DNA of 64,000 nt from Nitrospirota bacterium (GTDB lineage: Bacteria; Nitrospirota; Nitrospiria; Nitrospirales; Nitrospiraceae). Positions 30,944-41,803 of the stretch are shown here, piece after piece. The translations under genes and the position numbers were made by a program. Below the pieces are notes generated by a model, which saw only the letters and a program-made list of their open reading frames with translations, did not search any database and had not been told where the DNA came from. The stretch covers positions 32,001 to 96,000 of the forward strand of contig CAVPBK010000004.1 in assembly GCA_963701855.1 (NCBI GenBank). The letters are read 5' to 3'. Positions within the stretch are counted from its first letter, which is position 1. Each line of letters opens with the position of its first letter.

Positions 30944-31340
30944 TGTGATGCCCTCCTTTTTCTCGAAACCGCTCCTTCATGACATGGGTCGCAGCTTTAA
31001 ATCCCGCCATCACACTCGCCACATTGGTCAACATCGATCCGCTCGAACCCTTCACAACATCGTGCACATGCTGAACTGACTCCCCCACTTCTCCGGCTGC
31101 ATGCAAGAGGACGGCAGCATGCTCGACTCCCCTGCGGGCTTGCTCAGTCAAATCGTTCACCTTGTGACTCACCGCCCGAAGTTCACCGATCAGCGGCGGC
31201 AGGTCATTGTTCATTTTAGCCAGAAGCTGTTCAGACTCCGCCACGGTCTTGCGAACTTGAATCATCACCGGCACGAGATAGCCCACCAGCACCGCAAATG
31301 CGACAGCCACAAGAATCGCAGCCATTTCGACGATTGTCAT
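30933..31340 (-). CDS. DUF948 domain protein
   Basis: N-terminal TM (AVAFAVLVGYL) then coiled coil; paired with YtxH. Confidence 0.8.
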   Translation of the reverse strand: MTIVEMAAILVAVAFAVLVGYLVPVMIQVRKTVAESEQLLAKMNNDLPPLIGELRAVSHKVNDLTEQARRGVEHAAVLLHAAGEVGESVQHVHDVVKGSSGSMLTNVASVMAGFKAATHVMKERFREKGGHHNGG

Positions 31341-31355
31341 AACACCTCCAAAGCA

Positions 31356-31451
31356 CGTGAATCGTGAAACGTAAAACGCAAGCCACTGAAGACACGGGTC
31401 AGCTCTCGTGTTCCGTCAAATCTTATTACGTTTCACGTTTAACGTCTTACG
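31356..31451. repeat. 7-bp-periodic inverted repeat (family E)
   Basis: cgtgaat cgtgaaa cgtaaaa ... tattacg tttcacg tttaacg tcttacg. Confidence 0.85.
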
Positions 31452-31453
31452 CT

Positions 31454-32920
31454 TTACCGTATCATCGGTTTCTTCGTTCGCCATTGCGTGCTTTGTTCAT
31501 AGGCATAGGCCCCTCGCAAGAGTATCTCTTCCTCAAAGGGGCGGCTGATCAGCTGCAATCCGATGGGAAGTCCATCCCGGCTGAATCCACAGGGCACCGA
31601 AATCGCCGGCACACCGGCGAGGTTGGCTGAAATGGTGAAAATGTCCGACAGGTACATCTGGAGCGGGTTATCGCCCTTCGCTCCAAACTTGAAAGCCGGC
31701 GTGGGTGTCACGGGCGTCACGATGAGATCGACATCCTGAAACGCCGCATCGAAGTCTTGGCGAATCAAAGTTCGCACCGCCTGCGCCTTGCCGTAATAGG
31801 CATCATAATACCCGGCACTGAGAACGTACGTCCCTAGCATAATCCGGCGCTTCACTTCCGGCCCGAACCCTTCCTGTCGCGTCTTCATATACAACTCGAG
31901 CAGGTCTTTGGTCTCTTTGGCACGAAGTCCGAACTTCACCCCGTCATATCGAGCCAGGTTTGAGCTGGCTTCGGCCGTAGCAATCACGTAGTAGATGGCT
32001 ACCGCCGCATCTGTCCTCGGCAGCTGAATTTCCTTGATCTCCCCACCGAGCACTTTCAGCTCCTGAATCGCCGCCCGCACGGCCTGCTCCACTTCCGCAT
32101 CAAGCCCCTCGGCAAAAAACTCAACCGGCACACCGACCTTCAGCTTTTTAAGATCTTTCTTCTTGAGCGCCTTCAGATAGTCCGGCACTGGAACATCGGC
32201 CGATGTCGAGTCTAACGGATCGTGGCCGGCAATGGCCCCAAGGAGAAAGGCGGCGTCCCTCACATCTTTGGTAATTGGCCCGATTTGATCGAGTGAGGAA
32301 GCAAAGGCGATCAACCCGTACCGAGAGACCCGCCCGTAGGTCGGCTTAAGACCCACCACCCCGCAAAACGCCGCAGGCTGACGGATCGACCCGCCGGTAT
32401 CGGACCCCAACGCCGCGGCACATTCGTCGGCTGCGACAGCCGCTGCAGATCCCCCACTGGATCCACCAGGCACACATTGCAGGTTCCATGGATTGCGGCT
32501 GGGTCCAACGGCGGAGTTCTCGGTTGATGAGCCCATCGCAAATTCATCAAGATTTGTCTTCCCAAGCAGCACATACCCCTGCGCGCGCAACTTGGAAATC
32601 ACCGTCGCATCGTATGGCGGTACGAAGTTCCCGAGCATGCGGGATGCGCAGGTGGTGAGCATTCCCTCAGTACAAATGTTGTCTTTGATCGCCAGTGGCA
32701 TGCCCATCATCGGCGATGTCTTGCGCCACCCTTTCAAGGAGGCATCAAGCGCGCCGGCTTGCGCAACCGCCGCATCTTTGGCCTGCGTGATATACGCCTT
32801 CACTTTGGACTCGACCTGGCCGATCCGTAATCCATAGGCACGCACGATCTCTGTGGCCGTGACTTCTCCGGCCGTGAACTTTTCATGGAGATCGTAGAGC
32901 GAAAGCTTGTGAAGCGACAT
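31454..32920 (-). CDS. gatA: Asp/Glu-tRNA amidotransferase subunit A
   Basis: [23 protein letters not shown] amidase signature. Confidence 0.98.
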   Translation of the reverse strand: MSLHKLSLYDLHEKFTAGEVTATEIVRAYGLRIGQVESKVKAYITQAKDAAVAQAGALDASLKGWRKTSPMMGMPLAIKDNICTEGMLTTCASRMLGNFVPPYDATVISKLRAQGYVLLGKTNLDEFAMGSSTENSAVGPSRNPWNLQCVPGGSSGGSAAAVAADECAAALGSDTGGSIRQPAAFCGVVGLKPTYGRVSRYGLIAFASSLDQIGPITKDVRDAAFLLGAIAGHDPLDSTSADVPVPDYLKALKKKDLKKLKVGVPVEFFAEGLDAEVEQAVRAAIQELKVLGGEIKEIQLPRTDAAVAIYYVIATAEASSNLARYDGVKFGLRAKETKDLLELYMKTRQEGFGPEVKRRIMLGTYVLSAGYYDAYYGKAQAVRTLIRQDFDAAFQDVDLIVTPVTPTPAFKFGAKGDNPLQMYLSDIFTISANLAGVPAISVPCGFSRDGLPIGLQLISRPFEEEILLRGAYAYEQSTQWRTKKPMIR

Positions 32921-33285
32921 CAGTGTTTCGTCTTCCCGGCAACAATTCTGTTCTTCCCGTCGACCTGGATGATCTTGGGAGCATGTCGCTTGATTTCCTC
33001 ATCTGAATAATACTCGTAGCAGAAGATGATAATCTGATCGCGGACCGCGCCTTTCCGCGCCGTCGGCCCATTGAGAATGATCTCACCCTCGCCACGTTTG
33101 CCCGCCACGGCATAGGTCATAAAACGCTCGCCATTGTTCAGATTGGAGCAGACGATCGCCTCATAGGGTAAGATCCCCGCTGCATCCATCAGATCCTCAT
33201 CGATCGTCAGACTGCCTTCGTAGTCGAGGCAGGACTCCGTCACCGTAGCCCGATGGATTTTCGAACGCAACATTTGCCTAAACAT
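32920..33285 (-). CDS. panD: Aspartate 1-decarboxylase
   Basis: [24 protein letters not shown]. Confidence 0.95.
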   Translation of the reverse strand: MFRQMLRSKIHRATVTESCLDYEGSLTIDEDLMDAAGILPYEAIVCSNLNNGERFMTYAVAGKRGEGEIILNGPTARKGAVRDQIIIFCYEYYSDEEIKRHAPKIIQVDGKNRIVAGKTKH

Positions 33286-33296
33286 TCGGACCTCGC

Positions 33297-33599
33297 TTAA
33301 AGGGGTTGCCGATCTTCGATAATTTTCGGAACCACAAAGAATCCATCGACCGACTCCGGCGCATTGGCCACCCCACGCTCGACGGACAGAGATGGCTTCA
33401 CAATGTCAGGACGAAACACATTGCCTTGCCCCAGCACCGTAGCCGTTGGTTCGACGCCAACAGTGTCGTACTGCTTTAACGTCTCCACGTGAGTGAGAAT
33501 CTGGCTCAACTGTTTCGCAAACGACGCCTTTTCAATATCCGTTAACTCCAGCCGGGCCAGCTTCGCAACCTTCTCAACTTCCTGTTTGGTAATTTCCAT
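33297..33599 (-). CDS. gatC: Asp/Glu-tRNA amidotransferase subunit C
   Basis: VEKVAKLARL, NAP..DGFFVVPKII. Confidence 0.93.
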   Translation of the reverse strand: MEITKQEVEKVAKLARLELTDIEKASFAKQLSQILTHVETLKQYDTVGVEPTATVLGQGNVFRPDIVKPSLSVERGVANAPESVDGFFVVPKIIEDRQPL

Positions 33600-34217
33600 C
33601 ACAAATCCTTGTTCACCCAAGAAGATGCAATATAATCATCCCCCAAGATCCCCGAAAGTTTGGTAACCAAGAACAACGTAATCCTCGAACTCCACCGTAT
33701 TAACCAATCCCAACTCATCGCCTGCATCCACATAAATAGACACACGAAACGTTCTATTTCTTCCACAATAATTTGGGGTAGAATATCACTGAACCCATAG
33801 AAATTCCAGGGAAATTTGAGCGTAAACCCTGACAGGCCCTCGTGACGACTCGCTAGGCTAGCCCTCAAAGCGAGCGCGTCAAATATTCTTAGTAGAGACT
33901 CTGCATGACCGCCTCACAACAGGCCCCCTGCTGAATTCATCGTGTGACACGAGACTGTCGCACATCGACACCCGTCACGGACAAGGGGACAGTCCATCGG
34001 CAGCACAGGCATTATCGATGCGGTATGGCCTTCTGTGGGAGGGAATGCCAGAGTGAAAGCGTTTCTCAGTTGTGGAATAGAAACTAATCAGCTAAGTTTT
34101 CTTTGAGCATGCCGTCTATCCCCCAGTCCGAGAGCGGCCATCATCTCATGCGGCTGTGTCCCTGCAAGAGGACCTGCACGTCAGCCCAAATATGCGTACG
34201 CTGATCGAGGCCAGACC

Positions 34218-35318
34218 ATGAAGCGGATTGATTTGATCGCAGGGGCGCGGCCCAATTTCATGAAGATTGCGCCGATCATCGACGCGCTGAACGCGGCAGA
34301 GACGCGGGGCGGTTCCTTGCGGTTTCGTTTGATCCATACGGGCCAACATTATGACCGGGCCATGTCTGGTAGTTTTTTCGAAGAGCTCGGCATTCCGGAT
34401 CCTGACATTAATCTAGAAGTAGGCTCTGGCACCCAAGCTGAACAGACCGCCGCCATCATGGTGAACTATGAAAATGTCCTGCTGAAGCAGAAGAGCGACC
34501 TCTGCCTGGTCGTAGGGGACGTGACCTCGACCATGGCCTGCTCCATCGCCGCCCGCAAGTTGGGAATACCCGTAGCACATGTGGAGGGTGGTATACGCTC
34601 AGGCGACTGGACCATGCCAGAGGAAATCAACCGGGTGGTGACCGACTCCATCACGAATTGGTTTTTCACCACCAGCGAAACCGCCAATGACAATTTGCGC
34701 CGGGCTGGTGTCTCGGACGATCGCATCTTCTTTGTCGGCAATACGATGATTGATACCCTGCTCAAGCAGCTCCCGCGCTTGCGCCCGCCTGCCTGTTGGA
34801 GATCGCTGAAGCTTGAACCAAACAACTACTTTGTAGTCACCCTACATCGCCCGGCAAACGTAGACGGGGAGCAGCAGTTACTACAGCTGCTGCATGCCAT
34901 AGCCGAAGGCACGCGCGGCTTGCCAGTGGTGTTTCCCGTCCATCCGCGAACCGCAAAGAATCTTCGCGATCTCAACAGCACGACACCGCAACTGAATTAT
35001 GTCGACCCACTGGGCTATCTGGAATTCAATTACTTGGTAAAGCATGCCCGTGGGGTAATAACCGATTCCGGTGGTATCACCGAAGAAACAACCGTTCTCG
35101 GCATACCGTGCTTAACCCTGCGCGACAACACCGAACGTCCCGAAACCGTGACAATTGGGACAAACGAACTGATTGGAACCGATCCAAGCAAGTTGCCGCC
35201 GGCGCTGGTACGATTGATGGCAGGGCAGTGGAAAACCGGAGCGATTCCTCTGAAATGGGACGGCAAGGCGGCAGAGCGGATTGTCGAGCATCTGGAACGA
35301 TTACTGCTTCAGAAATAG
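34218..35318 (+). CDS. wecB: UDP-N-acetylglucosamine 2-epimerase (non-hydrolysing)
   Basis: GARPNFMK, HTGQHYD, HVEGG, TDSGG, TERPE. Confidence 0.93.
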   Translation: MKRIDLIAGARPNFMKIAPIIDALNAAETRGGSLRFRLIHTGQHYDRAMSGSFFEELGIPDPDINLEVGSGTQAEQTAAIMVNYENVLLKQKSDLCLVVGDVTSTMACSIAARKLGIPVAHVEGGIRSGDWTMPEEINRVVTDSITNWFFTTSETANDNLRRAGVSDDRIFFVGNTMIDTLLKQLPRLRPPACWRSLKLEPNNYFVVTLHRPANVDGEQQLLQLLHAIAEGTRGLPVVFPVHPRTAKNLRDLNSTTPQLNYVDPLGYLEFNYLVKHARGVITDSGGITEETTVLGIPCLTLRDNTERPETVTIGTNELIGTDPSKLPPALVRLMAGQWKTGAIPLKWDGKAAERIVEHLERLLLQK

Positions 35319-35649
35319 CGCACCTTGCAAACATCGTAATACTACCCACTGACAATACAGCTTTCACCTGATTCTCGCCCAACATCCTTATACAGGGACG
35401 CCACTAGAGGTCTCGAAGACCTTCCCCTCCTCGTCGTGGTCTTCCACGGGAAACGAGGCCTCCCATGTTGAGACTCGTCACAAAAATATCTGACGTCTCT
35501 CACACGTTTTCCTCGTGGATGTCACAAATTGTGTCCAGAGGGTGCACTTAATAATAAGATGGAAACTGATTCAGAATGAAGATTCAATGGAGCCGGCAGT
35601 GACTTTACTTTCAATTAATACCGCGAGCACGGAAACCCACGATCGCCCC

Positions 35650-37479
35650 TCATTCCACCGTCACACTCTTGGCCAAATTCCGTGGCTGATCGACATCCGC
35701 ACCGCGCAGAACCGCAATATGATACGCCAGAAGCTGCAGTGGAATCGTAAACAAAATCGGCGAGAGCAGCGGATGGGTATCGGGAATCGTGAACACCGCA
35801 TCGGCAATTTTCCCCAACTCCCGCTCGCCCTCCGCCACCAACGCAATGACCGGCGCATGCCGGGCTTTCACTTCCATCAGATTGCTTACCGTCTTTTCGT
35901 ATAACCGGTCCTTCGGCGCCAACACAACCACCGGCATATCCTTATCGATGAGCGCGATAGGACCGTGCTTCATCTCTCCCGCGGCATAGCCTTCGGCATG
36001 GATATAGGACACTTCTTTTAGTTTCAATGCGCCTTCAAGGGCGATCGGAAAGTTGATGCCGCGACCGAGGAATAAAAAGTTCCGTTTCTTGTGATACCGC
36101 TTGGCAATCGCGACAATCTCCGCCTCGCGACTGAGCACTCGCTCGACTAATACCGGAAGTCGAACGAGGCGATCGAGCCAGGCCTTGCCGTCTGCGACAG
36201 ATAGGGTTCCGCGCACGCGGCCCAAATGCAAGGCCAGCATGTAGAGCGCGGTGAGCTGCGCGGTAAAGGCCTTGGTTGAGGCGACGCCGATTTCAGGCCC
36301 GCAATGTGTATACAGCGCCCCATCCGATTCGCGAGCCAAAGTACTGCCCACCACGTTCACAATCGACACGACACGCGCCCCTTTTTCCCTCGCTTCACGC
36401 GCAGCGGCCAGCGTGTCAGCCGTCTCGCCAGACTGCGAGATCGTGATAAAGAGATCGTTTTTACCGACCAGCGGATCGCGGTAGCGGAATTCGCTGGCGA
36501 TATCGACCTGCACCGGCGTACGGACCATCTCCTCCAGCAGATACTTCCCAACGAGCCCCGAATGCCACGAAGTGCCACAAGCGACGATCCAAATCCGTCC
36601 GACGGCGGCAAACTGTTTTGGCGTCAATCCGATATCCGGCAGGTCCGCCTCGCCGGTCTCGTAGGAGTAGCGCCCGCGCATCGTATCGAGAATCGTCTGC
36701 GGCTGTTCGTGAATCTCTTTCAACATGAAATGCGGAAATCCGCTCTTTTCCGCTGCGGAGGCATCCCAGGTGATCTTCGTTTGTTTCCGTTTAACAGAGC
36801 GGCCCTCGATATCGGTTAGATGGATGTTGGTCGCGGTCACGACCGCCACATCGCCTTCTTCGAGGTAGGTCACATCACGGGTATGGGCAAGCATGGCCAT
36901 GACGTCGGACGCGACAAAAGACGCCTTGGCGGTTGTGCCTACGACCAGTGGACATCCGGAGCGCGCCGCGATCATCGTCCCAGGTTCCCGCTCCGAAATG
37001 ACGGCGAGCGCATAACTCCCACGCACATCTTTCGTGGCAGCTCGTACTGCTTCGTCCAGCTTCATGCCTTGTTCGAGATATTTGTCGATCAGATGCGCCA
37101 CGACTTCCGTATCCGTTTCCGAATGAAACTTGTAGCCCTCTTTTTCCAATTGCTGTTTCAACGGTTGGTAGTTTTCGATGATGCCGTTGTGCACGAGCAC
37201 GCAGCCTTTCGAGCGGTGCGGGTGGGCATTCTGCTCCGAGGGTTTCCCGTGCGTCGCCCATCGCGTGTGGCCGATTCCCACAGTGCCCTTGAGTTCTTTC
37301 TCCTTGAGCGACTTCTGAAGATTGGCCAGTTTACCGACCGTGCGCCGAATTTCAATTTTATCGCCTTGCAGTACCGCAACGCCGGCTGAGTCATAGCCTC
37401 GATACTCCAGCTTGGCAAGACCGCTGATCAGAATCGGTACCGTCTCCTGATTGCCCACATATCCGACAATTCCACACAT
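35650..37479 (-). CDS. glmS: Glutamine-fructose-6-phosphate aminotransferase
   Basis: MCGIVG, HTRWATHG, PRNLAKSVTVE. Confidence 0.98.
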   Translation of the reverse strand: MCGIVGYVGNQETVPILISGLAKLEYRGYDSAGVAVLQGDKIEIRRTVGKLANLQKSLKEKELKGTVGIGHTRWATHGKPSEQNAHPHRSKGCVLVHNGIIENYQPLKQQLEKEGYKFHSETDTEVVAHLIDKYLEQGMKLDEAVRAATKDVRGSYALAVISEREPGTMIAARSGCPLVVGTTAKASFVASDVMAMLAHTRDVTYLEEGDVAVVTATNIHLTDIEGRSVKRKQTKITWDASAAEKSGFPHFMLKEIHEQPQTILDTMRGRYSYETGEADLPDIGLTPKQFAAVGRIWIVACGTSWHSGLVGKYLLEEMVRTPVQVDIASEFRYRDPLVGKNDLFITISQSGETADTLAAAREAREKGARVVSIVNVVGSTLARESDGALYTHCGPEIGVASTKAFTAQLTALYMLALHLGRVRGTLSVADGKAWLDRLVRLPVLVERVLSREAEIVAIAKRYHKKRNFLFLGRGINFPIALEGALKLKEVSYIHAEGYAAGEMKHGPIALIDKDMPVVVLAPKDRLYEKTVSNLMEVKARHAPVIALVAEGERELGKIADAVFTIPDTHPLLSPILFTIPLQLLAYHIAVLRGADVDQPRNLAKSVTVE

Positions 37480-37488
37480 ACTTAACCC

Positions 37489-39087
37489 CTATTGTGGTTT
37501 CTTCACGTATCTACCCTTTGAAGCCACCGGTTGTTTCTTCGTAAGGCGAGTAGACTTCGTTTCACGTTTCATATTTAACGTTTCACCATGTGCACCGGTT
37601 TGCAATGCCCGCCGGCGCGCAGCCCATCCCACACGATTCACTTGAGGCACTCGCCCAATCACCAAGGCATCCGCCGGCACATCCTCCGTGACCGTGGTGC
37701 CGGCTGCGATGATGGCTCCCGCCCCCACCGTCACCGGTGCAATTAACTGCGTATCGCTGCCGAGAAAGACCCCATCCCCAATCACCGTCTGAAACTTTCG
37801 CACACCATCGTAGTTACAGGTGATGGTGCCGGCGCCGATGTTGACCCCTTTCCCAATCTTTGTGTCCCCGAGGTAACTCAGATGGTTCGCCTTGGATCCT
37901 TCGCCCAGATCGGTTTTTTTCATCTCGACAAAGTTCCCGACCTTGGCCTTCTTCCGCACCACGACACCGGGACGCAGATGAACAAATGGGCCCAGTCGCG
38001 CATCGTCTTCAATATGAGAATCAGCAAATACGCAGTGATCGAGAATCTCGACGCCATTACCGACGGTGCAATCCCTCAGTCGTGTAGAGGAGCGCAGCAC
38101 ACAATCCTCCCCAATCACCGTGGTCCCTTCAAGCGTCACATTGGGGTAGAGTATCGTGTCTTTCCCGATCGTGACAGTGGCGTCAATCCATACCGAAGCT
38201 GGATCGATCATCGTCACCCCGGCATCCAACCAGCGGTTTCGAATCTGCTGCCGTACCACCTGCTCAGCCTCGGCAAGCTGTCGGCGCGTATTCACACCAA
38301 GTCCTTCACCGGGATTGTCGAGCACCACAGCGGCCACACGCCGTCCGGAATGTTCTGCAAGATGAATGATATCCGTCAAATAATATTCCCCTTGGACGTT
38401 GCTGGGATCGAGTTTTTCCAAAGCGCTGAAGAGAAACTCGCCGTCGACCACATAGGTGCCCACATTGATTTCATGGATCGCTCGCTCCTCCGCGGTGGCG
38501 TCGCGATCCTCGACAATGCGAGAAACACCCCGCTCGGCTGAGTGACCACGCACGACCCGTCCATATCCGCTTGCGTCTTCGAGCATCGCAGTAAGAATGG
38601 TCACGGTCGCGCGTTCCGCCTCATGAACACGAAGGAGTTCGCGTACGGTCTTTTCCTGAAGGAGCGGCGTATCACCGTTCAGAATGAGATACTTGGATGG
38701 GGCACCCCGCTTGCCTACCGCAAAGACCGGACGGCTCTGCAATACCGCATGACCCGTGCCCAATTGCTCCCGCTGTTCGACAATCGCAACTATGGAGCTG
38801 CCGCTCTTTCCTGATATCGCGTGGCCGATCACCTGGCGAACCAGATCGGCCTGATGCCCCACCACAACAGCCACACGATCCCCGGAAACGCGCAACCCGA
38901 GCCTAACCGAATAGAGCACCATCGCCTGGCCGGCCACCTGATGCAGCACCTTTGCCTGCTTTGAACGCATGCGCTTTCCAAGCCCAGCAGCCATCACGAC
39001 CACCGCAAGGCCGGCAATCTTTCCCGGCTGGTCGAGGCTGACCGGCTTCTTCACCGTCGAGACTTCAGTGGATCGAGAACGACTCAT
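37489..39087 (-). CDS. glmU: Bifunctional GlmU with N- and C-terminal extensions
   Basis: AAGLGKRM, LGTGHAV, EYYLTD, GNFVEMK, HLSYLGD, CNYDG. Confidence 0.96.
   Translation of the reverse strand: MSRSRSTEVSTVKKPVSLDQPGKIAGLAVVVMAAGLGKRMRSKQAKVLHQVAGQAMVLYSVRLGLRVSGDRVAVVVGHQADLVRQVIGHAISGKSGSSIVAIVEQREQLGTGHAVLQSRPVFAVGKRGAPSKYLILNGDTPLLQEKTVRELLRVHEAERATVTILTAMLEDASGYGRVVRGHSAERGVSRIVEDRDATAEERAIHEINVGTYVVDGEFLFSALEKLDPSNVQGEYYLTDIIHLAEHSGRRVAAVVLDNPGEGLGVNTRRQLAEAEQVVRQQIRNRWLDAGVTMIDPASVWIDATVTIGKDTILYPNVTLEGTTVIGEDCVLRSSTRLRDCTVGNGVEILDHCVFADSHIEDDARLGPFVHLRPGVVVRKKAKVGNFVEMKKTDLGEGSKANHLSYLGDTKIGKGVNIGAGTITCNYDGVRKFQTVIGDGVFLGSDTQLIAPVTVGAGAIIAAGTTVTEDVPADALVIGRVPQVNRVGWAARRRALQTGAHGETLNMKRETKSTRLTKKQPVASKGRYVKKPQ
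37554..37587. repeat. Family E heptamer arm inside the glmU 3' coding region
   Basis: tttcacg tttcata tttaacg tttcacc, translated as GETLNMKRETK. Confidence 0.7.
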
Positions 39088-39752
39088 CCGATCGGCACCC
39101 CTGTTTCAGGCTGTTTGACCGCGCCCCACTTCGCCGTGGCAGGCACAGCCGATGCCAGGGACGTGGATGGTGAACAGAGTCCGCCCGAGACAATGAGCTT
39201 CATCGCCTCTTCTACGCTCATATCGACGGATGTGACTTCATGTTCCGGCACCAACAGGAAATAGCCCGACGTGGGATTCGGAGACGTCGGCACATACACG
39301 TGGATCAGCGGTTCCTGCGCGAGATCTTGCATCTCCCCTTTGGTCACGCCAGTCACAAAGGCAATACAATAGTGGCCATTCTTGGGAAATTGAATCATCA
39401 CGACACGATTATACGACGCATTCTCAGAAGCCGACAAAATATCCATCACGGATTTCAACGTCGAGTAGATCCCTCGCACGAGCGGAACACGATTCAGGCA
39501 TTGCTCCCACCACTTCACGATTTGACGGCCCATAAAATTGGTGGCAAACAGCCCTGTCGCAAAGACCAAGACGATCAACGCCAGAATCCCCAAACCTGGC
39601 ACATAATGACTGGGCACCAACTGAACCAGGAGATCTCCGAGAATCCCATCGACAGCCACGAACAGCGCCTTCAAAATAAGGATCGTTCCCCAGATGGGGA
39701 TAATCACGAGCAGGCCCGTCAGAAAGTAGCGTTTTAGCAAGGTTTTCAGCAT
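39084..39752 (-). CDS. DUF502 membrane protein
   Basis: YFLTGLL, PLVRGIY, YVPTSPNPTSGY. Confidence 0.9.
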   Translation of the reverse strand: MLKTLLKRYFLTGLLVIIPIWGTILILKALFVAVDGILGDLLVQLVPSHYVPGLGILALIVLVFATGLFATNFMGRQIVKWWEQCLNRVPLVRGIYSTLKSVMDILSASENASYNRVVMIQFPKNGHYCIAFVTGVTKGEMQDLAQEPLIHVYVPTSPNPTSGYFLLVPEHEVTSVDMSVEEAMKLIVSGGLCSPSTSLASAVPATAKWGAVKQPETGVPIG

Positions 39753-39884
39753 ATATATGTGCTGACAGAAGTAGAGGGTCATCATACAGAGAATTCCGAG
39801 GGCCTCGCAAGCCTTTTCTTGCTATTTTCAACGACTTGGAATACCATCCCGCCCGTTTTCTTCACCTACGAAGGCCACCGGACA

Positions 39885-40550
39885 ATGGGAACACAGAAGA
39901 AGCAGACTCGCGGCCTGTTTATTACTCTGGAGGGAATAGAAGGTAGTGGGAAAAGCACCCAGATTCGCCACCTCGCGGAGGCGCTGACTCAGATAGGATA
40001 CCGCGTACTCCAAACCAGAGAACCAGGTGGCACTGCTACCGCTGAAGCGATCCGCCATATTCTCCTCACGGCGTCGTCTCACGAACCGATTACGCCTCAG
40101 ACCGAAGCCATGCTGATCCTCGCTGCGAGATGTCAGCACGTCACACATCTCATCAGGCCGGCGCTGCAGCAAGGCACCGTGGTGCTCTGCGACCGGTTTT
40201 CCGATTCTACGTTCGCCTATCAAGGATTCGCGCGCGGCCTTGATCTCCAATGGCTACGGACGGCCAACAGGGTCGCAACCGGTGGGCTCACGCCGAATCT
40301 TACCGTCATACTCGACCTCCCCGTTTCAGTGGGTTTGGCCAGACGGCGAGCCGATCGTGGACAACAGAATCGGCTGGATCGGGAGACCGAACGGTTCCAC
40401 CGAAAAGTGCGTCGGGGGTTTCTGGCACTCGCCGCCAAAGCATCCGGCCGCATGAGGATCGTGAATGCGAATCGGTCCGCGCAGGAAGTTCAGGACGAGC
40501 TCATCGAGATCGTGGTAGGCTGGATCGCTCGACAGCGCAGCCGGAGCTAG
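39885..40550 (+). CDS. tmk: Thymidylate kinase
   Basis: EGIEGSGKST, TREPGG, CDRF..STFAYQG. Confidence 0.96.
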   Translation: MGTQKKQTRGLFITLEGIEGSGKSTQIRHLAEALTQIGYRVLQTREPGGTATAEAIRHILLTASSHEPITPQTEAMLILAARCQHVTHLIRPALQQGTVVLCDRFSDSTFAYQGFARGLDLQWLRTANRVATGGLTPNLTVILDLPVSVGLARRRADRGQQNRLDRETERFHRKVRRGFLALAAKASGRMRIVNANRSAQEVQDELIEIVVGWIARQRSRS

Positions 40551-40734
40551 CCCGAATTATCCATGAGCGTTTCTACTGCAATCGCGGATTCGCTGCTGCG
40601 ACGAGCCTTCGGCGGGCAGGCTCGCCGCTCGCTCCCTCGACGTACTGTTCAAGTACGCCTCGCGGCTCCGCATGCCCGTCTCGCAACGCGACTGCGCAAT
40701 TTCGCGACGAACCATCATGAATAATGCGGGCTAG
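40547..40734. mobile_element. MITE-like element (family G) with 20-bp terminal inverted repeats
   Basis: ctagcccgaattatccatga ... tcatgaataatgcgggctag (18/20 complementary); internal cgtactgttcaagtacg hairpin; partial copy at 45917-45960. Confidence 0.8.
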
Positions 40735-40735
40735 C

Positions 40736-41764
40736 ATGCCATTTCACGACTGTATCGGCCATCAACAATCCATCGCACTCTTACAATCCGCCGTCACCCA
40801 TGAGCGGTTGGCTCACGCCTATCTGTTCCACGGCGAGGAGGCCATTGGAAAACGATTGACGGCTATTCGCCTCGCGCAAGCGCTCAACTGCGAACAGCCT
40901 CCCGAGGCGCAAGGTCTCGACAGTTGCGGTACATGCCGATCCTGCCAGCAGATTGAGGCCCGCACGCATCCGGACTTTTTCGTCATCGAGCCGGACCAAG
41001 AACAGGCCACCCAGCAAATCAAAATTGAGCAAGTCCGCGAGATCGAACACCAGATCATGTACCGTCCGCTCATCGGTGAGCGAAAGATCTGTCTGATCGA
41101 CAACTCCGACCGCATGACGATTGGCGCGGCCAACGCACTGTTGAAAACGTTGGAGGAGCCGCCCGCGCATAGCCTCTTCCTCGTCATCTCAAGTCGCCCC
41201 GCTGCCCTCCCGGCGACCATCCGGTCACGCTGTCAGGCCCTTCGCTTTACGACACCGGCGCGCACACAGGTGGAAGCGGCACTCATCCTGAAACGCGAAA
41301 TCCCTCCCACAGACGCGCGATTCCTCGCCATCATCAGCGAAGGCCGTCTCGGGGAAGCACTCACCGCTGATGTGAAAAACACTCGCGCGCGCCAGCAAGA
41401 ACTTGTGGACTTGGTCAGTCCCCAAGCTTTGCAATCGATCGCGTCCATCCTGTCCTCGGCGGAAACGATTGCGAAGGCCGATCGCGCACAGGACATGCTC
41501 GCCTGGCTGGCTCGCTGGATCCGAGACCTCATATTGATTCAGGTCGGAGGAGATCGTGACCAGATACTCTACCTTGACAATCTCGCAACGCTAGAACTCT
41601 ACGCGCAACAGGCCAATACCGATTCTCTGTTGGACCTGCTCCGTGAGATTGAGATGACCGAGCAGCGGGCCACAAGACACCTCAATCTCCACATGGCGCT
41701 AGAGATAATATTGCTCCGCCTGCGCGATGCAGTGGGTGTGTCGTCCGTCCCGCAACCTGCCTAG
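40736..41764 (+). CDS. holB: DNA polymerase III delta' subunit
   Basis: AHAYLF, CGTCRSC, HPD, ANALLKTLEEPP, TIRSRC; follows tmk. Confidence 0.95.
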   Translation: MPFHDCIGHQQSIALLQSAVTHERLAHAYLFHGEEAIGKRLTAIRLAQALNCEQPPEAQGLDSCGTCRSCQQIEARTHPDFFVIEPDQEQATQQIKIEQVREIEHQIMYRPLIGERKICLIDNSDRMTIGAANALLKTLEEPPAHSLFLVISSRPAALPATIRSRCQALRFTTPARTQVEAALILKREIPPTDARFLAIISEGRLGEALTADVKNTRARQQELVDLVSPQALQSIASILSSAETIAKADRAQDMLAWLARWIRDLILIQVGGDRDQILYLDNLATLELYAQQANTDSLLDLLREIEMTEQRATRHLNLHMALEIILLRLRDAVGVSSVPQPA

Positions 41765-41803
41765 CTTTCGCCATTTATTACCTGGTATCTTTTGTCACGC
41801 CAC

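Noticed and set aside
33599..33868. 89-aa minus-strand ORF upstream of gatC
   Set aside because: No recognisable motif or RBS; may be a gene remnant but cannot be supported
37480..37488. glmS ribozyme
   Set aside because: Only 9 bp separate glmU and glmS, leaving no room
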